Part shown: one piece after another, positions 43,627-52,924 of the stretch
Numbering within the stretch: the first letter of the stretch is position 1
How the letters are laid out: every line of letters begins with the position of its first letter
Origin: an uncultured Actinomycetes bacterium
Lineage (GTDB): Bacteria; Actinomycetota; Thermoleophilia; UBA2241
Direction of reading: 5' to 3'
Assembly (NCBI GenBank): GCA_963767005.1
Contig: CAVYCN010000012.1
Location: 109,089-173,088, forward strand
DNA length: 64,000 nucleotides
Notes under the pieces: generated by a model
What the model saw: only the letters and a program-made list of their open reading frames with translations
Told to the model about the DNA's origin: nothing
Database searches by the model: none
Position numbers and translations under genes: made by a program

Positions 43627-44619
43627 TCACGGCGCAGCCGTGGGCGACGGCGACCCGAAGGCCTCGGGGTGGATCGCCCTGGCGAGCTGCTCGAGCCCGT
43701 CGACCAAGCGCGGACCGGGACGGTCTAGGATGTTCTGGTCGAGCACGTACACGCGCTGGTCCTGCACCGCCTGCAGCGCCGAGTAGCCCTTGCGCTTGGC
43801 GATCTGGCCGGGGCTCACCATGCTGCCGGTCGTGGCGATGTAGACGGCCGGGTCGTCCTTGAACAGGATCTCCTCGCTGAACGTCGGAAAGCCCGAGCCG
43901 GCGGCGTCGCCGATGTTCGTGCCGCCGGCGAGCGTCACCATGTTGTCGACATAGGTGCCGGTGCCGGCGGTCATGAGCGGCTTGCTGTAGATCTCGACGA
44001 AGACCGACTCCTTGGGCAGGCCCGCGACCTTCTGCTCGATCGCGGTCGTGCGCTGCTTGAGCGAGGCGACGACCGTGTCCGCCGTGGTCGAGACGCCCAT
44101 CAACTTACCGAGCGCGGTAAGGTCCGAGAACACGCCGCTCAGGGACGTCGGGTCGACCACGAAGACCTTGACTCCGAGGTTCTCGAGCTTGCTGCGCAGG
44201 CTGGCCTGGATGCCGCCCGCGGCCAGCACAAGGTTGGGCTGGAACGAGACGATCTTCTCGACGCTCGGGTTTGCGAAGTCGCCGACCTTCGGCAGCTTCT
44301 TGGCGGCCGCCGGGTAATCGTCGTAGATCGTGCCGGCCACCAGCTTGTCGCCGGCGCCGATGGCGAAGGCGATCTCGGTGTTGGCGGGCGCGAGCGACAC
44401 GACGCGCGCGGCCGGGGCGGTGAGCGTGACCTGGTGACCGGAGTCGTCGGTGACGGTGATCGGACCGCCGGTCGCGGACGGGCTGGTCGAGCTCGACACG
44501 CTGGTCGTGCTGCCGCAGGCCGCGGCCAGGAGCGCGAGGACGACGACCAGAGCAAGGACGACGACGAGCGATGCGAGTGATCTGGCGCGCCTCGCGTTGG
44601 CGGGACGGTCGGGGGTCAT
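43627..44619 (-). CDS. btuF: Cobalamin-binding lipoprotein
   Basis: Lipobox AAAC; RVVSLAPANTEI and RPGPRLVDG motifs. Confidence 0.8.
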   Translation of the reverse strand: MTPDRPANARRARSLASLVVVLALVVVLALLAAACGSTTSVSSSTSPSATGGPITVTDDSGHQVTLTAPAARVVSLAPANTEIAFAIGAGDKLVAGTIYDDYPAAAKKLPKVGDFANPSVEKIVSFQPNLVLAAGGIQASLRSKLENLGVKVFVVDPTSLSGVFSDLTALGKLMGVSTTADTVVASLKQRTTAIEQKVAGLPKESVFVEIYSKPLMTAGTGTYVDNMVTLAGGTNIGDAAGSGFPTFSEEILFKDDPAVYIATTGSMVSPGQIAKRKGYSALQAVQDQRVYVLDQNILDRPGPRLVDGLEQLARAIHPEAFGSPSPTAAP

Positions 44620-44645
44620 GGGTTTCCTTTCATCTGTGGCTTCTC

Positions 44646-45395
44646 TCACGAACTGTGACGGCCGTCGGTCGCCGCTGCAGTCGGCGTCGAGGGCTCGTCG
44701 AGGATCTCGATGAAGTGGTACTGGTCGACGTCGATGGTGCCGCGCCAGCTCAGGGCGACCGGCGCCGAGAACAGCGGCGCGGCGGTGACCACCGTGTGGA
44801 ACTCGCCCTCCTCGCCGCAGGCATCGACGCCCGCGGCCTCGAGCTCGTCGACGAGCGCGGGGTCGAGCCGGCGACCGAGAAAGCGCGCGTCGAGGCGGTC
44901 GCCGTTCACCACGACGACCGTGGCGACGACGCCGGCGGCGAAGAGCTCGTCGAGCAGCTTGCGCCGCGGTTCGAGCCAGAGCGGCAGTGCGGCCTCGAGC
45001 CCCGCCTCGCCGCACACCCTCTCGACCCAGTCGCGGTGCGGCTGCAGGTCGATGTCGCCGAACACGCCGAGGCCGAGGCCAAGCCGGTCGCGCAGCTCGC
45101 CGAGGCCGTCGAGGAAGGCGGCCTCATAGTCGTCCCACGAGGCGCCGCGCAGCACGAGCGGCACGCCCAGGGCCGCGGCCTGGCGCGCCACGAGCGACAC
45201 CGGCAGGGCGTGGCTCTTGGTGCGGCGGCCGTCGGGCTCGGTCATGGTGAACAGCGCCGCCGGGCGGCCGCCGCGCGCCACGGCGCGCTGCAGGGCGAGA
45301 TAGCCGTCCTTGCCGCCGCTCCACGAGACGAAGAAGGCGCGCCCGTCGAGCGGCGCGAGCGCCTCGCCGCCGTCGCTGGAAGGTTGCACGATCAT
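44646..45395 (-). CDS. DUF71/Dph6-like PP-loop ATP pyrophosphatase
   Basis: SWSGGKD, FGDI, PLW and CGEEGEFHT motifs. Confidence 0.88.
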   Translation of the reverse strand: MIVQPSSDGGEALAPLDGRAFFVSWSGGKDGYLALQRAVARGGRPAALFTMTEPDGRRTKSHALPVSLVARQAAALGVPLVLRGASWDDYEAAFLDGLGELRDRLGLGLGVFGDIDLQPHRDWVERVCGEAGLEAALPLWLEPRRKLLDELFAAGVVATVVVVNGDRLDARFLGRRLDPALVDELEAAGVDACGEEGEFHTVVTAAPLFSAPVALSWRGTIDVDQYHFIEILDEPSTPTAAATDGRHSS

Positions 45396-45955
45396 GGTCG
45401 CTCCCCGTTCGATCCGCTCGCCCCGCCCGCGGCGGGCTCCCGGCGCCCGGCATCTTCGCCGCGACACTGGGCGCAGGTCCCGTAGACCTCGAGGTGATGG
45501 CCGTAGATGGCAAACCCGGTCTCGGCCGTCAGGCGCGCCTCGAGGGCAGTGAGGTCGCCATCGCCGTCGAAGCGCACGACGCGCCGGCAGCGGCCGCAGA
45601 CGAGCGGGTGGCTGTGGCCGATCGGCGGAGCGGTGAAGCCGATCTCGCCGCGTATGTCCTGCACGCGCACGAGCAGACCGAGGTCGGTGAGCAGCGTGAC
45701 GGTGCGATAGACGGTGGCCTGACCGATGCCCTCGTCACGCAGGCCGTCGGTCGCCTCGGCGATGGTCGCCGCCCGGTCGCCCAGCGCGAAGAACTCCCAG
45801 ACCAGGCGGCGCTGGCGCGTCATCGGGATGCCGCGGTCGCGAAAGACCGCGTCGATGTCGGGACCGCCGCGCGGGTCGGCCGCGGGCGTCGCCGCCGCGC
45901 CTTGGTCCGCGCGGGCGGTGTCTCGTAGCGTGTCGGGGCTGCCGGAGTCGGTCAT
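45392..45955 (-). CDS. Fur-family regulator
   Basis: TRQR, ATVYRT, HSHPLVCGRC and YGTCAQC motifs. Confidence 0.9.
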   Translation of the reverse strand: MTDSGSPDTLRDTARADQGAAATPAADPRGGPDIDAVFRDRGIPMTRQRRLVWEFFALGDRAATIAEATDGLRDEGIGQATVYRTVTLLTDLGLLVRVQDIRGEIGFTAPPIGHSHPLVCGRCRRVVRFDGDGDLTALEARLTAETGFAIYGHHLEVYGTCAQCRGEDAGRREPAAGGASGSNGERP

Positions 45956-45957
45956 CG

Positions 45958-45974
45958 TTGAGAGAAATTATCAA
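45958..45974. promoter_or_regulatory. Fur-box-like site
   Basis: Minus strand TTGATAATTTCTCTCAA, an imperfect 7-1-7 palindrome immediately upstream of the Fur start. Confidence 0.5.
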
Positions 45975-46018
45975 TCAGCCCGCCGGCCGTCAACCGGCGA
46001 GTGGCGACCGGCGGGCCG

Positions 46019-47101
46019 CTAGGGAGTGGCGCCGGCCGCCGGCTGCAGGACGCCGGCCAGGCCGCGGGCGAAGGGCGGCGTCCACTTGTCGCGGCCCGAG
46101 TCGATCAGGTGGAACATGTCGTAGAAGTCGCTCTCGCGCAGGTGGGCCAGCGGTTCGGCGTCCACGTCGGGCACGCCGAGTCGCCGCGCCACGGCGTCGA
46201 CCGCGGCCCTGTAGGCCTCGAGATACGCGTCCCAGGCGGGGCCCGACGCGACCAGGGCGAGGGGCTGCTGGAAGAAGGTGACGGTGTAGCCCTTCTCGCG
46301 GCCGAGACGCACGACGTCGGCGAGCAGGGCGAGGTTGTAGGTGGAGTTGGCGGCGTAGAGCGGCCGCTCACGAGCGAGCTCAACCGGGCTGCCGGCGAGC
46401 TTGGCGGACAGGCTCGCGACCGCGTTGCCCGTGTGGTAGTGGGTGGCGTAGGTGATGGGCGAGAGGTGGGGCGATCTCGTGATGATGCGCTGGTCGGCGT
46501 ACGACACGACGAAGTCGAAGATGCCGGGCAGCAGACCGGGCAGGCTGTGGTGCACCCGCGCGTGACCGGCGAGCGCCGCGGCGAGACGGGCGCTCGTCAA
46601 GGCCAGAGGCGAGCCCGTGATCTGCGTCGCGTCGGCGCTCGGCGCGGTGAGCAGGCGGTTCGGCGACAGGCCGATCGCCAGGAGGCCGCTGCCGCGCGGC
46701 AGGTTGTCGATCACGGCCAGCGTCTGGCCGATGCTCTGGTTGTGGGCGGCCAGGCTGATCACCGTCACCGGCGGGCCGCCGGCCGCCGTGATGGCCGTCG
46801 CGAGGGCGCCGGGGCTGCGCACCATCTCCATAGTGCCGGAGCCGCCGAAGAGGTAGACGACCCGGCCAGCCGGCGGGTGACGGCGGAGCTCCGCGACGCG
46901 GTACGAGAGGTGCACGTAGTCGTCGTTGGGGATGCGCAGCATGAGACGCTCGGGCAGCACCGTGAAGGCGCCGCTCGACACGAACCACTGCACGCCGGCC
47001 AGGGCGGCGACCGTCAGCAGCACGGCGACCACCAGGACGAAGGGCGAGCGGCAGCGCAGGCCGCGCAGCAGGGCGCCTCGTACGGTGCTCGCCTCTTGCA
47101 T
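46019..47101 (-). CDS. Hypothetical membrane-anchored protein (possibly SGNH-like)
   Basis: N-terminal TM, FGGS and DMFHL (DxxH-like) motifs. Confidence 0.6.
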   Translation of the reverse strand: MQEASTVRGALLRGLRCRSPFVLVVAVLLTVAALAGVQWFVSSGAFTVLPERLMLRIPNDDYVHLSYRVAELRRHPPAGRVVYLFGGSGTMEMVRSPGALATAITAAGGPPVTVISLAAHNQSIGQTLAVIDNLPRGSGLLAIGLSPNRLLTAPSADATQITGSPLALTSARLAAALAGHARVHHSLPGLLPGIFDFVVSYADQRIITRSPHLSPITYATHYHTGNAVASLSAKLAGSPVELARERPLYAANSTYNLALLADVVRLGREKGYTVTFFQQPLALVASGPAWDAYLEAYRAAVDAVARRLGVPDVDAEPLAHLRESDFYDMFHLIDSGRDKWTPPFARGLAGVLQPAAGATP

Positions 47102-47319
47102 GTGTCGTGACTCCAGTGGTCGTGGAGCCGGCGCGTCGCCGGCTGCAGGGGGCTGCCACGAAGGCGGCGGCGCGGGCGCGTGCGGCCCGACGGTCCAGCC
47201 GGATAACGGTAGCGACCGGGCGAGCGCCGGTCAAACCAGGGGCGTTGCCGTCGCCGTGCGGCGCCGGCGGCCCGGCCGGCGGCCCGGCCGGCGGCCCGGC
47301 CGGCCCGCGCGTCGCGTCG

Positions 47320-48057
47320 TCAGCGAGAGCGCTCGGCCGCTTCTTCGGCGCGCGCCTCGCCGGCCAGCTCGACGACGCGCGCCGGCGCCTCGACGAGCGA
47401 GGCGCGGTCGTCGCTGGCCAGGCCCCGCAGATGGCTCGTATCGTTCACGAAGCGCACGCTCGTCCAGGCGCCGTCGGTCTCGACCAGGCTGAGGCCGCCG
47501 TGGCTCGTCGACAGCGCCCAGTGCCGCTCGGCAGGCACGCCGAGCAGGTCGTTCAGGATGGTGCGCAGAGGACCGTCGTGGGCCACGAGGCACACGGCCA
47601 TGTCGTCGCCGGCCACGATATCGGCCCAGGCGGCCATGACGCGGTCGCGTACCGCGTTCATCGACTCGCCGCCGGGCAGCGCGGTGCCGAGCGGGTCGCG
47701 GGCGAAGGCGTCGGTGAGCGCGGGGTCGGCGACGAACTCGTCCCACGTGCGACCCTCGAAGTCGCCGAGGTCGATCTCGCGCAGGCGGCGGTCGGGGCGG
47801 GGACCGGCGGTCCCCGCCCCGACCGCCGCCTCGCCGGCCGCGGCCGGCCGCCAGCGCGCCGCGATCAGCTCCGCCGTCTGCAGCGCGCGCGGCAGGTCGC
47901 TCGTGTAGAGCGGCATCGGCCCGAGCGGGGCGAGGCGCGCCGCGACGCGGCGCGCCTGGGCGACACCGAGACGGGTCAGCGGATGGTCGCTCCAGCCGGT
48001 CATGCGCCCCGGCAGGTTGCCGGCCGAGCGACCGTGGCGCACCAGATAGAGCTTCAC
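47320..48057 (-). CDS. cobC: Histidine phosphatase, probable alpha-ribazole phosphatase
   Basis: LVRHG, SDLPRA, GDFEG and AHDG motifs; downstream of cobS. Confidence 0.8.
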   Translation of the reverse strand: MKLYLVRHGRSAGNLPGRMTGWSDHPLTRLGVAQARRVAARLAPLGPMPLYTSDLPRALQTAELIAARWRPAAAGEAAVGAGTAGPRPDRRLREIDLGDFEGRTWDEFVADPALTDAFARDPLGTALPGGESMNAVRDRVMAAWADIVAGDDMAVCLVAHDGPLRTILNDLLGVPAERHWALSTSHGGLSLVETDGAWTSVRFVNDTSHLRGLASDDRASLVEAPARVVELAGEARAEEAAERSR

Positions 48058-49019
48058 CGCACGACCAGGCCGGCGCCGACCAGGGCGAGCACCTCGGCGA
48101 GCTCGACGCCGAGTCCGTAGACGTCGCCGGTGAGGCCGCCCAGGCGGCGGGCTACAAGGGTCTGCACGCCGAGCGTGATCGCCACGACGGCGGCGGCCAC
48201 GTCGAGCCCGAGGAACGGCCCGGCGGCGCCGGAGCGCGCCACCGCACCGGCCGCCAGGGCGACGACCACGGCGCAGACGGCGGCGACAACCACGGGTCCG
48301 CTGGTGGTGCCGGCGCCGGCGAACGCCGCGCCGGTGCCTTCGCGCCGGGCGTAGCCGAAGAAGCGCACGTCGATCGCCGGCAGCAGACGCGCGACCGTGA
48401 GGCCGGCGACCAGGCCGAGGGCCGCGCCGGGGCGCGCGAGCGCAGCGAGCGCGCTCACCTTGACGACCACCACGGCGATCGCGGCGAACACACCCATCGC
48501 GCCCACGCGGCTGTCCTTCATGATCTCGAGCGCGCGCTCGCGCGGGGCGCCGCTCAGGCAGCCGTCGGCGGTGTCCATGAGGCCGTCCAGGTGCAGCGCC
48601 CGCGTGGCGAGCTCGAGGCCGACGACGACGAGCGCGGCGGCGACCAGCGGCGTGAGGCGGTAGAGCAGCAGCGCGTAGACGCCCCAGCCGGCGAGCCCCA
48701 GCAGCAGGCCCACCACCGGGTAGAGCCCCATGCTGGCCCACAGGTCGGCGGGGTCGGCCGCGCCGCTCGTCGGCAGGCGCACGGCGGTCAGGAAGGTCAC
48801 GGCCAGCGCGAAGCGGCGAGCCCGGACGGCGAGCCAGCCGCCCCCGTCGCCGGGCGCCGGCGCGTCGGGCCCGGCGCCGTTCGGCGGCCGCGGCGCCGCG
48901 CCGGGCGCCGCCGGGCGCGTGGGCCCGCCGTCGTCCGGCGCAGCGGGGGTGGTCGTGTCGTGGGGCTCGTCGGTCATCGTCACAGTCGCGTCTTGGTCCG
49001 TCCCGTCTGGTTTCGCCAC
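48054..49019 (-). CDS. cobS: Cobalamin synthase
   Basis: FLT, LHLDGLMDTADG, IMKDSRVGAMG and GGLTGDVYG motifs. Confidence 0.93.
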   Translation of the reverse strand: MAKPDGTDQDATVTMTDEPHDTTTPAAPDDGGPTRPAAPGAAPRPPNGAGPDAPAPGDGGGWLAVRARRFALAVTFLTAVRLPTSGAADPADLWASMGLYPVVGLLLGLAGWGVYALLLYRLTPLVAAALVVVGLELATRALHLDGLMDTADGCLSGAPRERALEIMKDSRVGAMGVFAAIAVVVVKVSALAALARPGAALGLVAGLTVARLLPAIDVRFFGYARREGTGAAFAGAGTTSGPVVVAAVCAVVVALAAGAVARSGAAGPFLGLDVAAAVVAITLGVQTLVARRLGGLTGDVYGLGVELAEVLALVGAGLVVR

Positions 49020-49052
49020 GCCGCGGCGCCCGCCTGCTCGGCCGGCCGCCGG

Positions 49053-50138
49053 CTAGCGGTGCAGGTCGGCGTCGGCGCCGTGGGGATCGCCGGCCACGCC
49101 GGCGCTCTCGAAGGTCGCCATCTCGTCGAGGATACGGGCGGCCGCCTCGATGATGGTCATGGCGAGCGCCGCCCCGGTGCCTTCGCCCAGGCGCATCTCC
49201 AGGTCGAACAGGGCGACCAGGCCGAGCTCGTCGAGCACCGCCTGGTGGCCGATCTCGATCGACACGTGGCTCGGCATGACGTAGTCGACCGCCTCGTGGC
49301 AGAGGCGCACCGCGCAGAGCACGGCGGCCGCCGAGATGAAGCCGTCCATGACCACAGGCACGCGGTGGGCGGCCGCGCCCAGCACGACGCCGGCGAGGGC
49401 GGCGACCTCGAGGCCGCCGACCTTAGCGAGCACGTCGACCGGGTCCCTTGGGTCGGGCGCGTTCACCGCCAGGGCGCGCTCGATCACGGCGATCTTGCCG
49501 GCCAGGGCGTCGACCGTGATACCGGTGCCCCGCCCCGTGACCTTGGCGACCGGCAGGCCGGTCAACGCCGCGATCACGGCCGAGCTCGCCGTCGTGTTGC
49601 CGATGCCCATGTCGCCGGTGGCGATCAGGTCGAGGCCGCTCGCCAGCTCCTCGTCGACCACGTCGATGCCCACGCCGATCGCCTCAAGGGCGTCGTCGCG
49701 GCTCATGGCGGGACCGACACTCATGTCGTCGGTGCCCATGCGGACCTTGCGGTGCCGCACGCCGGCGACGTTCGACAGGTCGGCGTCCACGCCAACGTCG
49801 GTGACCACGACGTACGCGCCGACCAAGCGTGAGAGCACGTTGATGGCGGCGCCGCCGGCGACGAAGTTCATGACCATGCCGGGCGTGACCTCGGCCGGAA
49901 AGGCCGACACGCCCTGGGCGACGACGCCGTGGTCGGCCGCCATGACGGCCACGACCTTGCGTCCGATCTGCGGCCGCGCCTTGCCGGTGATGCCCGCGAG
50001 CTGCGTGGACAGCGTCTCGAGGCGCCCCAGCGCGCGCGGCGGCTTGGTGAGCAGGCGCTGGCGCGCCTCGGCGGCGTCCATCGCCGCGCGGTCGAGCGGC
50101 TGGATGGCGGCGATCGTCCGGGCGAGCTGGTCGGTCAT
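49053..50138 (-). CDS. cobT: Nicotinate-nucleotide:DMB phosphoribosyltransferase
   Basis: LTKP...LGRLE, AADHGV, GDMGIGNTT and MRLGEGTGA motifs. Confidence 0.95.
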   Translation of the reverse strand: MTDQLARTIAAIQPLDRAAMDAAEARQRLLTKPPRALGRLETLSTQLAGITGKARPQIGRKVVAVMAADHGVVAQGVSAFPAEVTPGMVMNFVAGGAAINVLSRLVGAYVVVTDVGVDADLSNVAGVRHRKVRMGTDDMSVGPAMSRDDALEAIGVGIDVVDEELASGLDLIATGDMGIGNTTASSAVIAALTGLPVAKVTGRGTGITVDALAGKIAVIERALAVNAPDPRDPVDVLAKVGGLEVAALAGVVLGAAAHRVPVVMDGFISAAAVLCAVRLCHEAVDYVMPSHVSIEIGHQAVLDELGLVALFDLEMRLGEGTGAALAMTIIEAAARILDEMATFESAGVAGDPHGADADLHR

Positions 50139-50875
50139 GAGTCGTGCTCCTCTTCTTCCGGCGTCGACGGCGCGGACGTGCGCGGCGCGGCGAGCGCGCC
50201 CTCCTGCGGCGACGACGCGAACGTGAACGGGTCGGCGGCGAGCGCCTTGAGCTCGATCGGGATGCCGGCGACGAGCAGGTAGACCTCGGCGGCGTCGTCG
50301 GCCAGGCGGTGGTTGGCGCGGCCGAGCTCGTCGCGGTACAGGCGGCCGATGGGGTACTCGGGCACGACTCCGAAGCCGACCTCGTTGGAGACCGCGACCA
50401 TGCTCGAGTCGGTCTCGCGCACGGCGGCGAGCAGGTCGTCGACCGCGGCGCCGATGCGCGCCGCGACCGCCGCTTCGACCTCGCGCGCGATGAACGCCTT
50501 GTCGAAGTTTCCGAGTCCCTCGGGCGTCGTGCCGCCCAGGTCGCCCGCCGCGAACAGCAGGTTGCTCACCCAGAAGGTGACGCAGTCGAGCAGAAAGGCG
50601 GGCGGCCCGCTCGAGCTGGCGGCGGCGGCGCTGCGCACCGCCGCCGCCAGCTCGAGCGGGCACTCCACGGTCGTCCAGGCGCCGGTCCGGGACTGCTGGT
50701 GGGCGGCGACGCGCGCCGCCATCTCCCGGTCGTTGGCTTCGGAGGTCGCGAGGTAGACGACCGGCGCGTCGCCGGCGCGCGCCGCGACCAGGCGCTCCGC
50801 GAACGTGCTCTTGCCGCCGCGCGCACCGCCCAGCACGAGCGCGAGGCGGGGCGGGTGTTCGGACGATGAGACCAC
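50135..50875 (-). CDS. cobU: Adenosylcobinamide kinase/guanylyltransferase
   Basis: GGARGGKS, YLAT, LLDC and VSNEVG motifs. Confidence 0.93.
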   Translation of the reverse strand: MVSSSEHPPRLALVLGGARGGKSTFAERLVAARAGDAPVVYLATSEANDREMAARVAAHQQSRTGAWTTVECPLELAAAVRSAAAASSSGPPAFLLDCVTFWVSNLLFAAGDLGGTTPEGLGNFDKAFIAREVEAAVAARIGAAVDDLLAAVRETDSSMVAVSNEVGFGVVPEYPIGRLYRDELGRANHRLADDAAEVYLLVAGIPIELKALAADPFTFASSPQEGALAAPRTSAPSTPEEEEHDS

Positions 50876-50917
50876 CGCAGCCCTCCCACGAGGCCAACAA
50901 ACGCAGTGACCCCCGGA

Positions 50918-51068
50918 CCCTGGTGTCCTGGCTTGCCGCTTCGTCCTACTGGCCGCGCCTTCCCACCCCGCGGGGCAGTGGCGGTGTGCGGCGTTCGTCG
51001 GCGGTCACAGTTGCGGGGCAGCGCCGGCCTTGCACCGGCTTCCCGTACGACCGGGGGGACCCGCCAAC
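50918..51068 (-). ncRNA. Cobalamin riboswitch
   Basis: Minus strand GGGAAGCCGGTGCAAGGCCGGCGCTGCCCCGCAACTGTGA...GCCACTG...GGGAAGGC...AAGCCAGGACACC upstream of cobU; boundaries approximate. Confidence 0.95.
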
Positions 51069-51178
51069 AGTATGCGACGCCCCCGGTGCCGTCAAACGAC
51101 CGGAGGCGCGGCGCGCGGCCGCCGCGAGCGCGCCGGGCGGCGACCGGAGGGGCGCCGGCCGCGGCGCGCGACGACATC

Positions 51179-51796
51179 TCAGCGGACCACGAAGACGGGG
51201 CAGGGCGCCCGGCGCACGACCTCGGCCGTCACGCCCGGCGCGAGCACGGCCGCGAGCCACGAGCTGCGCCCGCCGCCGAGCACGATCACCTGGGCGCCGA
51301 TCTCCTCGGCCTCCCACACGATGTGGCGCGCGACCTTGTCCTGCGGCGCGCAGCGGAGCTGTCCGCGACAGGTCACGCCGTGGGCGCGCAGCTCGCCCAG
51401 CACGGGCTCGAGCAGGGCGGCGCCTTCGGCCCGGGTCTCGCCGGGCAGTGGGCCGGCCCAGCGCCCGGACAGGCCGTGGCAGCAGACGTGGAGCGCCTCG
51501 ACGACACCGGTCCCGCGCAGCGCCAGAGCGAGAGCGGTCCGCGTGGCTCTGCGCGTCGACGAGCACCGGTCGACCGCGAGCAGGACGCGCCACGACTCGG
51601 CGGCCAGCAGGTCGTCGGCGTCGGCGCCGTCCGCGAGCAGCCCGGCGAGCTCCCCCTCGAGGCCGCCGAGCTCGCTCTCGAGCGCGCTGCAGCGCTGCCG
51701 CAGCTCGGGGCGCGCGCGGACGGCCTTCAGCAGCCGGACGTCCGAGCCCAGGCCGAGCACGAAATCGACGAGCTCCTCATCGGTGAAGTCGTTCAT
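51179..51796 (-). CDS. Universal stress protein with an N-terminal anti-sigma-like helical domain
   Basis: USP part: RVLLAVD...IVLGG...VTAEVVRRAPCPVFVV. The first ~55 aa resemble the N-terminus of 7980..8774. Confidence 0.8.
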   Translation of the reverse strand: MNDFTDEELVDFVLGLGSDVRLLKAVRARPELRQRCSALESELGGLEGELAGLLADGADADDLLAAESWRVLLAVDRCSSTRRATRTALALALRGTGVVEALHVCCHGLSGRWAGPLPGETRAEGAALLEPVLGELRAHGVTCRGQLRCAPQDKVARHIVWEAEEIGAQVIVLGGGRSSWLAAVLAPGVTAEVVRRAPCPVFVVR

Positions 51797-51935
51797 CGCG
51801 CCCGCCGTGCCGCGGTGGTCGCAGGTCGAGCCACGCGCCGACGACGACGCCGCCGGCGGCGATCAGCACGACGACGATCGCGGCGAGCACGTCCACGGCG
51901 CTCACGGCGCCGGCCGCCGCCGCTGCCACGTTCAT
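51777..51935 (-). CDS. Small single-TM protein (52 aa)
   Basis: MNVAAAAAGAVSAVDVLAAIVVVLIAAGGVVVGAWLDLR...; ATGA-coupled to the upstream gene. Confidence 0.5.
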   Translation of the reverse strand: MNVAAAAAGAVSAVDVLAAIVVVLIAAGGVVVGAWLDLRPPRHGGRDERLHR

Positions 51936-52246
51936 CGTGCCGCCCCCCCTCGAGCCATCCGTCCACGCTCCGGACGGACGACCTCGCCGTCGGTGGCGTC
52001 GTCGCGGTCGCCGGCGTCGTCGTCGGGCCAGGCGTCGACGCCGGCTCCCCAGGCGATCCAGCGCGCGTACACGAGGTCCCTGCGCGCCACCATCACGCGC
52101 AGCTCGTCGCCGTGGAACCCGCGACCGCGGCCGCAGGCCCACCCTCCCCAGACCTGAACGTCGACCCCGCGCGCGACCAGCGCCTGGCGCACGTCGAAGG
52201 CCCGCGCGATGTCGGTAGAGCAAAAGAGCTCGCACAGCTCGTCCAT
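51932..52246 (-). CDS. Hypothetical protein (DUF2007-like)
   Basis: SD GAGGAGG; pattern A..VRQALVARGV...LRVMVARRDL..AR. Confidence 0.55.
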   Translation of the reverse strand: MDELCELFCSTDIARAFDVRQALVARGVDVQVWGGWACGRGRGFHGDELRVMVARRDLVYARWIAWGAGVDAWPDDDAGDRDDATDGEVVRPERGRMARGGAAR

Positions 52247-52285
52247 GACCTGGCCTCCTCGATCGGCGCGGCCTCGCCCACGGCC

Positions 52286-52738
52286 TCAGGCCGACTGGGC
52301 CGCGGGCGGCGTCCCCGCCTCGCCCGCCGCGGCGGTCACCGGCTTGACCACCATGACCGGGCAGTCCGCAAGCTGGATGACCTTGTAGGCGACACTACCC
52401 AGGAGAAGGCCGGCGAAGGCGCCGAGCCGGCGGGAGCCGAGGACGATGGCGTCGGCCTCGAAGCCTCCGGCGGCCAGCAGGATCTCGCGCGCGACCCCGC
52501 CGGCGCGAGACGCCCGGATCTCGGTCTGCACCGGCACACCCTGTCTTCTGACGCCGCCGACCACACTCGCCACGAGCCGGGTGCCGTCGGGCGCGGCGCC
52601 GGCGTGCGCCGCGCCTTGATCGTCGACGTGCACGACGAGGACCTCTCCGCCCGATTTGCGCGCCAGGTCGATCGTCGCGGCGATCGCTCCGCCGGCCTCG
52701 TCTGCTCCGTCGATCGCCAGGACGATCCGCTCGAACAT
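52286..52738 (-). CDS. Universal stress protein
   Basis: MFERIVLAIDG...IVLGSR...LLGSVAYKVIQLADCPVMVV. Confidence 0.93.
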   Translation of the reverse strand: MFERIVLAIDGADEAGGAIAATIDLARKSGGEVLVVHVDDQGAAHAGAAPDGTRLVASVVGGVRRQGVPVQTEIRASRAGGVAREILLAAGGFEADAIVLGSRRLGAFAGLLLGSVAYKVIQLADCPVMVVKPVTAAAGEAGTPPAAQSA

Positions 52739-52924
52739 GCTGCCACCGCCTTGCCGCGCATCACGGCGACGCGTCGCTCCGGCGTCTGCTCGGGACCTGG
52801 GGTCGCCCGGCTAACGCCTGCGCCGCCACCCCAAGGCTACGCGGCAAACGGGACGCCGCCATCGGGCCTTCGGTCGGTCTTGGGCTCGGCCGAACGGCCG
52901 ATGCGCGCGTGGGCCGCGCGGCGC

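Noticed and set aside
52843-52856. c-di-GMP-I riboswitch-like words GGCAAAC and GGGACGC
   Set aside because: The words abut with no P2 stem or GAAA loop, lack the following AAAG, and lie on the wrong strand for the neighbouring genes.
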